Shown here piece after piece: positions 17,500 through 26,472 of a stretch of 64,000 bases of DNA (its first letter is position 1; each line of letters opens with the position of its first letter). Origin of the DNA: an uncultured Bacteroidota bacterium (GTDB lineage Bacteria > Bacteroidota > Ignavibacteria > UBA10030 > UBA6906); NCBI GenBank assembly GCA_963779225.1, contig CAVZWW010000001.1, positions 542,921 through 606,920 of the forward strand, in the 5' to 3' direction. The position numbers and the translations under genes were made by a program. Under the pieces are notes generated by a model that worked only from the letters and a program-made list of their open reading frames with translations, had not been told where the DNA came from and did not search any database.

Positions 17500-19377
17500 A
17501 TGTACACTCGCCGATTTGTTTTGATGGTTCTTCTTCTGTCCGTGGCGTGCGGTGCGTTGTTTGCACAGTTCAACCCACGGGCAGACTACGTCTGGGCCCG
17601 CGATATTTCAGTTGCTGCGAGTCCGACGATTACGCTCGATGGTAATCTGAGCGAAGCGGTCTGGGCCAAGGCCGAATCCGTTATGGTCACCTATGGTACC
17701 CTCGATGGCAACCCGGGTAGTGGCTACAAGATCATGAATGGGTCGGGGACGCCCGGGAATGGTGCAAATGCCGTTATGAAGTTCCTGGTGAACAAAACGA
17801 CAAATATGTTGTATTTTTCCGTCAGCGCGAACGACAGCTCTGTCGGCGGCAACGGGTGGGAAAACGCCGACGGTGTCTTAGGCGGTTTCTACGAGCGCGC
17901 CTCCCGTGAGCCCAACCTGGGGATCACACTGCAAAAGGACTTCTTCATTTCGTTCGTCGATTCTTCCGCTCCCGATGCGGGGATGAATCTGAAGGGTGGC
18001 AATCTTCCGGATCGTGGAGTAATCAAAGCGGCCTTGCATGTTAACGGTACAGCGAATGTCGATACCACCGCTGGTGGTGCGCGTGTGGCCGACCAGGGAT
18101 GGGTGCTGGAAATGTCCGTCTCTCTGGACAGCCTCGGGTACAGCGCCAACAGCGCGACGACCGATGAAGTCCAGATGTCGATAAGCATCTGGGATGGAGA
18201 CTGGACCCACGGCGGCGGGACGTCCATTGCCACGAAAAACTGGTGGGGCAACGAGTGGGGCAACAATGGTGGCGGGATCGCAACACGCGTGCTCGTCCGC
18301 AACGATGTCAATGTTAACACAACATCTGTTCCGGAATATGGCTATGACGGCGTTGTTCCGAATGCGGCGAACTTTGCCGATCCCGTCATCGATGGCGATC
18401 TGAAGGATACGGTGTGGAGCAAAGTGTCATCGTTTACCATTCAGTACGGCAATTCTGCCTTGCGTGCCACGTATCCGACTATTGGCAAAGACCGTAGTGG
18501 CAATTTCAAGGCCAAGGGCACGACGGCCTTTGATGCCGGACAGGCAAAGTTCAAGGCGGTCTTCAAAGGTGACATGCTCTATCTCAGCGCCGATGTCGCC
18601 GACAAGTCACTGAACAGCTTTGTCAGCGATGACTTCTTCGATGGCATCCAGGTCAGCATGAGCGTTCCCGAGGATACGCTTTACGACAAGAATGCGCATG
18701 TGATGGCCGCACGACGCTTCGGAGGAGCCATTGATACCTCGGTGAGCGCCGCTCGCGGACTGTGGGATGTGATAGGGGACAGCCTCTTCATCAAGGCCGT
18801 CAAGTATGGGATGAAACTCAAAGCCGGCTCGACCATCAACGACAACACAGATGTGGATGCGGGATATACGGCGGAGATGTCAATCGATCTGTCCAAGCTC
18901 GGCTACGGTGCAGGTCAGACGAACAAAGTCGTCGCGATTGGGGTCAACTATCATGACTATGATATCGCCACCGATACCGTTGCAACCAGGGCCTGGTGGT
19001 TTAGAGAGTGGCCATGGTCGGCTTCGGCTGCATTCCTCTTGCTTGACAACGGAACCTTGGTCACTGGTGTGGAAGACCAGCCGGTAGGAGTTGCCGGAGA
19101 ATTTCGTTTGATGGGGAATTATCCCAATCCGTTCAACCCGTCGACGAAAATCCAGTTCAGGGTGCCGGAGGCCGGAACGGCGAAGCTTCAGATTGTTGAC
19201 ATTCTCGGTCGCATGGTACGGGAAATTGCTCTCCAGGTGGTGGGCGGGACGTACGAGCAGGCATTTGACGCCACGTCTCTGGCCAGCGGAGTGTACTTCT
19301 ACCGCATCGAGTTCGTCTCGGGGCAGACGGGTGCGCACAACCTGTCTGAAACCAGGAGCATGCTGTTGTTGAAGTAG
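17500..19377 (+). CDS. T9SS-secreted protein with two CBM9/DOMON-like carbohydrate-binding repeats
   Basis: Signal peptide MYTRRFVLMVLLLSVACGALFAQ. Two internal repeats of the pattern TLDGNLSEAVWAKAESV / IDGDLKDTVWSKVSSF. C-terminal T9SS sorting domain MGNYPNPFNPSTKIQFRVPEAG…GVYFYRIEF. RBS gagaggtg. Confidence 0.5.
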   Translation: MYTRRFVLMVLLLSVACGALFAQFNPRADYVWARDISVAASPTITLDGNLSEAVWAKAESVMVTYGTLDGNPGSGYKIMNGSGTPGNGANAVMKFLVNKTTNMLYFSVSANDSSVGGNGWENADGVLGGFYERASREPNLGITLQKDFFISFVDSSAPDAGMNLKGGNLPDRGVIKAALHVNGTANVDTTAGGARVADQGWVLEMSVSLDSLGYSANSATTDEVQMSISIWDGDWTHGGGTSIATKNWWGNEWGNNGGGIATRVLVRNDVNVNTTSVPEYGYDGVVPNAANFADPVIDGDLKDTVWSKVSSFTIQYGNSALRATYPTIGKDRSGNFKAKGTTAFDAGQAKFKAVFKGDMLYLSADVADKSLNSFVSDDFFDGIQVSMSVPEDTLYDKNAHVMAARRFGGAIDTSVSAARGLWDVIGDSLFIKAVKYGMKLKAGSTINDNTDVDAGYTAEMSIDLSKLGYGAGQTNKVVAIGVNYHDYDIATDTVATRAWWFREWPWSASAAFLLLDNGTLVTGVEDQPVGVAGEFRLMGNYPNPFNPSTKIQFRVPEAGTAKLQIVDILGRMVREIALQVVGGTYEQAFDATSLASGVYFYRIEFVSGQTGAHNLSETRSMLLLK

Positions 19378-19479
19378 TTGCGGTATCAGCGTCCTGTTCT
19401 TCCGGCTGTTCCTCTCCCGCAGCTACGCCGGGCGGGAGAGGGGCCGGAAGCGGCTCATCATGAAGGTCGTGTGAATGCC

Positions 19480-22134
19480 ATGAACTCCGCCCGATCACTC
19501 GTTCCGTCCTGCCGGCATGTGTGTGCCATGGTCACGGCTCTGGTGATGCTGACTCACACCATTCTCCTTGCGGATACCAAAGGCAAACTCACCGGACGTG
19601 TTATCGATCTGCGGGGACAGCCGGTACTGGGGGCAAATGTCATTGTGGTTGGTACCACAGTTGGTGGGACGGCAAACGATGAAGGGCAATACAACATCAT
19701 CAATGTGCCGGCTGGTGTGTACGATGTACGAACAAGTGCTGTTGGGTATCAGGGGAAGATCGTTCGCAGTGTGCGTATCAACGCCGGACAGACCACCACG
19801 CTGGAGTTCGTCATCAGCGAGAGCGCGATTGAAGCCGGCGAAGTAGTGACAATTGCTGAACGCCCGTTGGTGGATACCCGGCAAACCAGTGCAGTCTCAA
19901 TCCTGAGCAGGGACGATATCGAGGCCCTGCCTGTGCAGACCCTGAACGATATCGTGAATCTCCAGGCCGGCGTTGTGGATGGTCACTTCCGTGGCGGCCG
20001 TGCGGGCGAGGTGCAGTACCAGGTGGATGGAGTGTCCGTGAACAATCCGTACGATAACTCCTCCGTAATTCAACTGGATCGGTCGGTATTGCAGGAAGTA
20101 CAGGTTATTAGCGGAACATTTGATGCGGAGTATGGGCAGGCGATGAGTGGGGTTGTGAATGCCATCCTCCGCAGCGGATCGGAGGAGCAGTTTGAAGCAA
20201 GCGCCGAACTCTATGGTGGAGCGTACGTTACTGACCAGGAAGTGTTCCCGCACACCGCGGTCTCAAGGTCACCGGCACTTCAAAGCCTGACCATGTCGCT
20301 GAGCGGTCCGGCGGGAATTCCCCGCACCTCGTTTCTTCTGAACATCCGCCGTTTCATCGATGATGGGTATCTCTGGGGGCAGCAGACTTTTCTGCCCACG
20401 GATGCGTCCGATTTTGGCACAAAGCTCTTCACGCCGGGCGGCTCCAACGCTGCCGTGTCGATGGCATGGCACAAGGAATGGTCCGGGCAGCTCAAGATTG
20501 CCAATCGCTCACTGACTGATGTACAATTGAGCTATCAGGCGGTTGGTGTACTGAGCGAAGGAAAAGCATTCGCATTCGGGTATCGAATCAATCCGGACGG
20601 GACGCGAACGCACAACAACTGGTCGCTCGTCCACGGCCTTGATTTCACCCATACCCTCTCAGTGAACGCATTCTATACACTCAGTTTCCGTCAGAACTAT
20701 TTCCATTACACTGACTACGTCTTTTCCTCACTTGACGATCCCGGGTACGCGCTCGCGGGTGCTCCCCGCGGCGATCCCAATTATGAAATGGGGGCGATCA
20801 TCCAAGGATACGATCTGGGGAGGTTTGAACAGAAAACCAACGCATTCTTGCTGAAAGGCTCGTTAACGAGTCAGGTGACGAGCCTGCATCTGATGAAGCT
20901 CGGCTTTGAAGTGCAGGCGACGTCTATTCTCTTTGGTGCTCCCGGGACGCTGGCGTCGCAGATCCTCGGACCGACGCAGTCCACTGTGTACGAAGTTGCA
21001 GATACGCTTGCACAGAATATCCGCACATATTATCCGCGGTCCATGGCGCTCTTTATTCAAGACAGAATGGAAGTGGCCGACTTTCTCATCCGTGCGGGCC
21101 TCCGAGCGGAATTCTATGACGCGAATGCTACCGTTCCGAGCGATCTCGAAAATCCGGCAAACACCATCCAGGGTGCACCCACGTCAGTCCAGACGCCAAC
21201 AACGAGGAAGTTTGCGCTCGCACCCCGGCTGGGCATTTCCTACCCGATAGCCGCGACTGGCGCACTCTACTTTTCCTACGGACATTTCTATCAGATGCCC
21301 GGTATGGGCAATCTCTATGCAAATTCCGATTACTACATTCTGCGCAATCTGCAGTCCGGGAGTACGTCATACGGCGTGATGGGGAATCCCGATATCAAGC
21401 CGGAGTTCACCGTACAATATGAATTTGGATTCAAACAACAGTTCGGGCAATTCCTCGGCGTGGATCTGAGCGTCTTCTACAAAGACATCCGGGATCTGCT
21501 CGGTGTGGAATTCATTGACACGTATGCGGATTCACGATATTCCCGGTTTACAAATGTGGATTTCGGATCGGTCTACGGAATTCGCCTTGCGATCGACCAA
21601 CGCTTCACAGAGGCATTCAGCGTCTCGCTCAACTACACGAATCAGAACGCGATGGGGAATGCCAGCGATCCTCATGAGACGGCGAATCGGGCCGCGGCAG
21701 GCGAGGATCCCCGGCCCCGGCAAGTACCCTTCGACTGGGATCAGCGCCACACCCTGAATGTCGCGGCAATAGTTAACGATCACGACAATTTTCTCGCAAC
21801 CTGCATCGTGCGCTTTGGCAGCGGTAGTCCCTACACTCCTTCGGTTGGATCGGGATTCGGGGCACAACTCGAGAAGAACTCCTCTCCGAAGCCGACCTGG
21901 GTGACGGTTGACCTGCGTGTGGAGAAACCCTTTCACATCGGGACAATCACGCTCAACACGTTTCTGCGCGTGTTCAACCTTTTCGACGCACGCTACGCCA
22001 ATGGATTCGTGTTTTCAACAACGGGCAGCGTATTCTATTCCCTGACTTCCGCAGCAGATCGCACAACGCTGAGTGATCCATCGCGCTACACCACACCGCG
22101 ACGGATTGAACTCGGACTCGGAGTGAGAATCTGA
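19480..22134 (+). CDS. TonB-dependent outer-membrane receptor with N-terminal carboxypeptidase-regulatory-like domain
   Basis: Signal peptide; GRVIDLRGQPVLGANVIVVGTTVGGTANDEGQYNIINVPAGVYDV (CarbopepD_reg); plug region VVTIAERPLVDTRQTSAVSILSRDDIEALPVQTLNDIVNLQAGV; long beta-barrel. No SusD-like gene follows. Confidence 0.75.
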   Translation: MNSARSLVPSCRHVCAMVTALVMLTHTILLADTKGKLTGRVIDLRGQPVLGANVIVVGTTVGGTANDEGQYNIINVPAGVYDVRTSAVGYQGKIVRSVRINAGQTTTLEFVISESAIEAGEVVTIAERPLVDTRQTSAVSILSRDDIEALPVQTLNDIVNLQAGVVDGHFRGGRAGEVQYQVDGVSVNNPYDNSSVIQLDRSVLQEVQVISGTFDAEYGQAMSGVVNAILRSGSEEQFEASAELYGGAYVTDQEVFPHTAVSRSPALQSLTMSLSGPAGIPRTSFLLNIRRFIDDGYLWGQQTFLPTDASDFGTKLFTPGGSNAAVSMAWHKEWSGQLKIANRSLTDVQLSYQAVGVLSEGKAFAFGYRINPDGTRTHNNWSLVHGLDFTHTLSVNAFYTLSFRQNYFHYTDYVFSSLDDPGYALAGAPRGDPNYEMGAIIQGYDLGRFEQKTNAFLLKGSLTSQVTSLHLMKLGFEVQATSILFGAPGTLASQILGPTQSTVYEVADTLAQNIRTYYPRSMALFIQDRMEVADFLIRAGLRAEFYDANATVPSDLENPANTIQGAPTSVQTPTTRKFALAPRLGISYPIAATGALYFSYGHFYQMPGMGNLYANSDYYILRNLQSGSTSYGVMGNPDIKPEFTVQYEFGFKQQFGQFLGVDLSVFYKDIRDLLGVEFIDTYADSRYSRFTNVDFGSVYGIRLAIDQRFTEAFSVSLNYTNQNAMGNASDPHETANRAAAGEDPRPRQVPFDWDQRHTLNVAAIVNDHDNFLATCIVRFGSGSPYTPSVGSGFGAQLEKNSSPKPTWVTVDLRVEKPFHIGTITLNTFLRVFNLFDARYANGFVFSTTGSVFYSLTSAADRTTLSDPSRYTTPRRIELGLGVRI

Positions 22135-22145
22135 AAGGTGTATGT

Positions 22146-25100
22146 ATGAAGAGGCATTACCTCGTCGCTGCATTTCTCATTTTCATATCGGCGTCTCCGG
22201 CGTGGACGCAGACACCGCTCCAGCCGGTTGTCCCGAAAAGTCAACGGGGACGCAACGATGCCGAACGCTCGGGGACACATGATGCAGGGAATATCCGGAC
22301 GGTGTTCTACAACTACGGGATGGTGGGGGACTATCCCGCGGATCCCATCAATGTCGATCTGTCGATTTTTCATTCAGCGGAAGTCCCCAAGGGATCCGGG
22401 GAAAACTATACGGATGGTATTACGCCGTTCGTGCTGGCGAAGATTAAGGATGTGCATGGAACGGATAACTATATCATGGAAACGGGGTTTCGTGAACGTC
22501 AGGAACAGAGTCCTCTCACATCCAAGATTATGCGTTTCGAACCGCGCCCCGGTTATCTCCAGAGCGACCCGACAATCAATGTCGGCAGATCAATCGCTAT
22601 GAGTCATGACTCCCGGACGTGGCCGCCCGCCTGGCCGGACAAAGCAAATGATCCGGACGACCCGGGCTGGGCGGGCAGCTGGAATGGATATTTCGGGAAG
22701 CGTCCCAATGCTGACCAGGAAAGCTACTCTGTGATGGACGATGATTTTTATGATAAATGGGACTACTATCCGGACAACCGGGATCAGACACGCCGGGGTC
22801 TCGGGCTTCGTGTGGAAGTCCGCGGATTTCAGTGGGCCAACCCGCAATCGACCAACGTCATCTTCTGGCACTATGACATCACTAACGAAGCAACGACAGA
22901 CTACCCTGACAATATCATCTTCGGTCTCTATATGGATTCCGGCGTTGGCGGTTCGGCATTTTCGTGCGACGGGGTTGCGGAATCGGATGATGACAACGCC
23001 TATTTTGATCATTCAACAGGGCTGAATCTGGTATACACGTGGGACAAGTTCGGGCACGGTGTTGATCTCCGGAGCAATTGCTCGGCAACAGGCTATCTCG
23101 GATATGCGTATATGGAAACGCCCGGCAATCCCTACAATGGCATCGATGATGATGGTGATGGAATTACCGACGAACGGCGGGATAGTGGCCCCGGACAGCT
23201 GGTTGTAGGGCAGGACAACATCCGCATCTACGTTCTCGCGCACTATGATCTTGCAAAATTCGAATCGTTCTACGGGAAACTGGATACCAGGCCGGCATTC
23301 AAAGCCGGAAGATGGTGGACCGGCGACGAAAACCAGAATTGGGTTGCCGACTATGATGATCTCGGTGCTGATGGTGTGCAAAACACGTATGACACCGGCG
23401 AAGGGGATGGCATCCCGACAGCAGGAGAACCGGATTTCGATCAGACGGACAAAGATGAATCAGATCAGATCGGATTGACCGCGTTCAAGATGAATCGCAT
23501 CAAAGGTCCGTCAAAGGCTGACCCGGTGGATGATATTGTATTCTTCGGCTTGTGGCCGCCCGCCCTTTACCAGCAGTTCACCTCGCCCGTTCCTTCGTCA
23601 CGGTTTGACTCCGCCGTCGTCCTGAACTACAACATCGCCTTCTTGTTTGCATCCGGGACCTTCAAGTTGCCGGCGGGGGCGCATGAGAGATTCAGTCTTG
23701 CCCTGGCCTACGGGGCCGACTTGAATGAGCTCCGGGAACGGGTACGTACAGTTCAGCAAATCTACAATGCCAACTACCAGTTTGCTGTGCCTCCTCCGGC
23801 TCCTCTGGTCAAAGCCGAGTCGGGCGACGGTTTTGTACGGCTTTCGTGGAGCGATTATTCCGAGCGGGCAAGTGACCCCGTCACTCATGAAAACGACTTT
23901 GAAGGATACAAGATTTATCGTTCCACCGATGTTGACTTCCGCGATCCGAAAACAATCTCCAATGCCCGCGGGACCGGACCCTTTGGCAACGGTAAACCCA
24001 TGGCGCAGTTCGATCTGAAGAATGGCATACAAGGGTATTCGAAGCAGCTGATAGACGGCGTCGCGTATTATCTTGGCGACGATACCAACCTCATGCATGC
24101 CTACATCGATACCACCGTGAAGAACGGACAGGAATACTTCTACGCAGTCTGTTCGTTCGATCACGGTTCGGATTCTCTGGGATTCTTCCCGTCGGAGAAT
24201 GCCATTGCGGTCTCACGCACACTGCGGGGTGGCATCATCCTTCCGGTTAATGTTGTGGACACAAGGCCCGAACCGAACGTGCCGGGATTCGTGCCAGCGA
24301 CGGCATCGAACATATACCACAGGGCGGGTGGGGGGAGCGGTTCTGTTACATTGAATATTGTGGATTCCCGCCAGGTTCCTGATGGCCAGACGTATCTTCT
24401 CCGTTTCACGACCGATACACCGAGCCAGATCCATGCAGTGAGATATGCAATGGTGGATAGTACAACGGGGAAAGAAGTCTTTGGTGCGGGAACTGACTTC
24501 CATGGCGAGGGGCGCGGACCCGTTGGTCTTGGAATGCTGCCTGTCGTCGCCACGACGGATGTCACGATGCCGGATACCACGTACACGGGATTTACTGCCA
24601 CCTCCGTCACGAACATGCGATTTGCTGTGGCCAACAAAGACGCCGACTCAATCAATGTGCTCCGGCCCGGATACCCGAATGATTTCACGATTACCTTTTC
24701 GAGCGGCGTTCTTGACACGAGTCTTCTTTCCATTGTCAGCGATGCCATTCCTGTGAAATTCCGGATCGAAGCCTCGACGGCAAGCGGTCCGATGCGGTTG
24801 CGGTTGTATTTCCATGATGCCAATGACGACAGCACCATGAGTACACTCGGCGACTTCATCGATGTTGTTACGTATGTCCCAGGGAGCACGCGTCCGCGCG
24901 TGACGTGGCGTATAACGGTGGATACCGCCGGTCAAGCAGCCCGCGGCAACATTGTGCCTCCCACAACGGGAGATATCTACTCCGTGCGCCTCCTCATCCC
25001 GTACGGTAGTGAGGATGTGTTTACCTTCCGGACAACGGCACAGACGGTCTCCGGCGACAAAGGGCGGCAGCAGTATGGCTCCGGCCCGTACGTCGTGCCA

Positions 25101-25388
25101 AATCCGTATGCCGGAGCGGCGAGTTTCGAGGCGGAACGGTTCGCTGTGACCGGCCGCGGGGAGCGTCGTCTTGAATTCCGCAATCTGCCGGTTGGCGCCA
25201 GCGTTCGAATATTTACGGTGCGTGGCGATCTGGTGCAGTCACTTCATCAAGACGGATCCACGGTGGGTATGGTTCCCTGGAATCTGAGGACCAAAGACAA
25301 CCTGGACGTTGCGCCGGGTCTCTACGTCTATCATGTCGAGGCGCCGGGATTCGACTCCTTCGTTGGCAAGTTTGCGATCATCAAATAG
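22146..25388 (+). CDS. Large secreted protein with Asp-rich Ca-binding (thrombospondin-type-3-like) repeats, probable T9SS cargo
   Basis: Signal peptide MKRHYLVAAFLIFISASPAWTQ; DDDGDGITDERRD and DYDDLGADGVQNTYDTGEGDGIPTAGEPDFDQTDKDESDQ motifs; C-terminal …GLYVYHVEAPGFDSFVGKFAIIK resembles a T9SS CTD. Confidence 0.4.
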   Translation: MKRHYLVAAFLIFISASPAWTQTPLQPVVPKSQRGRNDAERSGTHDAGNIRTVFYNYGMVGDYPADPINVDLSIFHSAEVPKGSGENYTDGITPFVLAKIKDVHGTDNYIMETGFRERQEQSPLTSKIMRFEPRPGYLQSDPTINVGRSIAMSHDSRTWPPAWPDKANDPDDPGWAGSWNGYFGKRPNADQESYSVMDDDFYDKWDYYPDNRDQTRRGLGLRVEVRGFQWANPQSTNVIFWHYDITNEATTDYPDNIIFGLYMDSGVGGSAFSCDGVAESDDDNAYFDHSTGLNLVYTWDKFGHGVDLRSNCSATGYLGYAYMETPGNPYNGIDDDGDGITDERRDSGPGQLVVGQDNIRIYVLAHYDLAKFESFYGKLDTRPAFKAGRWWTGDENQNWVADYDDLGADGVQNTYDTGEGDGIPTAGEPDFDQTDKDESDQIGLTAFKMNRIKGPSKADPVDDIVFFGLWPPALYQQFTSPVPSSRFDSAVVLNYNIAFLFASGTFKLPAGAHERFSLALAYGADLNELRERVRTVQQIYNANYQFAVPPPAPLVKAESGDGFVRLSWSDYSERASDPVTHENDFEGYKIYRSTDVDFRDPKTISNARGTGPFGNGKPMAQFDLKNGIQGYSKQLIDGVAYYLGDDTNLMHAYIDTTVKNGQEYFYAVCSFDHGSDSLGFFPSENAIAVSRTLRGGIILPVNVVDTRPEPNVPGFVPATASNIYHRAGGGSGSVTLNIVDSRQVPDGQTYLLRFTTDTPSQIHAVRYAMVDSTTGKEVFGAGTDFHGEGRGPVGLGMLPVVATTDVTMPDTTYTGFTATSVTNMRFAVANKDADSINVLRPGYPNDFTITFSSGVLDTSLLSIVSDAIPVKFRIEASTASGPMRLRLYFHDANDDSTMSTLGDFIDVVTYVPGSTRPRVTWRITVDTAGQAARGNIVPPTTGDIYSVRLLIPYGSEDVFTFRTTAQTVSGDKGRQQYGSGPYVVPNPYAGAASFEAERFAVTGRGERRLEFRNLPVGASVRIFTVRGDLVQSLHQDGSTVGMVPWNLRTKDNLDVAPGLYVYHVEAPGFDSFVGKFAIIK

Positions 25389-25403
25389 CCGGGGACGTTT
25401 TCC

Positions 25404-26459
25404 ATGAACGGCATCAGTCATTCACCGGGCTCCGTCTCTCGCGCCATTCTGCCGGCGGGCTGCGTCCTCGCGATTCTTGCACTCCTGTTGCCTGCGGGTG
25501 TGATGATCGGACAGTCGAAGACGGGAACCACCATCGGACAATTCACACTGATCGAACCGAGTGCACGCACTGCGGCGATGGGAGGGGCCGGGGGCGCCTT
25601 TGCGGAAGAAGCCTTCGCGGGCTACTACAACCCCGGAGCCATCGGCGCTTTCGATCATTCGGATTTTCAGGTTTCGTACAACAGCTGGTTCGCCGGCATT
25701 TCTCTCAGCTACGCCGCCGGTGTGTTCCATCTCGGCGACCTCGGCACCGCGACCCTGGCGTTGACCAGTCTCAGCTCGGGCGAGATACCGGTCACCACGG
25801 TCGAACAGCCTCTTGGCACAGGCGAACACTACACAGTCGATAACCTCCTCCTCGGCATCGGCTACGGCTTCAGGATCACTGACCGATTCTCCTGTGGACT
25901 TCAGGTGAACTACATCACCGAACGGATCTGGCACAGTTCAGCAACGACCTTCGGGTTTAATGTGGGAACGCTGTACCAGCTCTCATCGGATGGCCTTCGC
26001 ATTGGTGCAAGTCTCATGAATTTCGGCTTTCAATCACATTTCGATGGAACTGACCTGCGTGTCAGGTACGATCTGGACCCCACGCGCTACGGAGACAATA
26101 GCAGTCTCCCCTCCGCGATTCTCACCGACGACTTCTCACTGCCGTTTGTGTTTCGTGTGAGCCTCGGGTACCCTCTGATGATCGATGGATCCAATACTGT
26201 CACATTTGCCGTCGATGCACTTCATCCAAGCGACAATTCGGAATGCGTCAACCTGGGCCTCGAGTGGCAATTCATGAGGGTGCTCTCACTTCGTGCAGGA
26301 TACAATGGTCTCTTTCAGACGGACAACCAATATGGTCTCACTGCAGGAGGTGGTGTTGCGTGGGATGGACTTGGATATCTTCTGCACGTTGACTACGGTT
26401 GGACAGAACAAAAGTACCTGGGTAGCGTTCATCGGCTAACGCTCGGGGTGGGATTGTGA
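25404..26459 (+). CDS. PorV/PorQ-family outer-membrane beta-barrel (T9SS-associated)
   Basis: Signal peptide, then GQFTLIEPSARTAAMGGAGGAFAEEAFAGYYNPGAI matching the family N-terminal motif (…SARAxAMGGAxxA…xxWNPAG); about 350 aa. Confidence 0.5.
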   Translation: MNGISHSPGSVSRAILPAGCVLAILALLLPAGVMIGQSKTGTTIGQFTLIEPSARTAAMGGAGGAFAEEAFAGYYNPGAIGAFDHSDFQVSYNSWFAGISLSYAAGVFHLGDLGTATLALTSLSSGEIPVTTVEQPLGTGEHYTVDNLLLGIGYGFRITDRFSCGLQVNYITERIWHSSATTFGFNVGTLYQLSSDGLRIGASLMNFGFQSHFDGTDLRVRYDLDPTRYGDNSSLPSAILTDDFSLPFVFRVSLGYPLMIDGSNTVTFAVDALHPSDNSECVNLGLEWQFMRVLSLRAGYNGLFQTDNQYGLTAGGGVAWDGLGYLLHVDYGWTEQKYLGSVHRLTLGVGL

Positions 26460-26472
26460 GAAGCAGGACGTA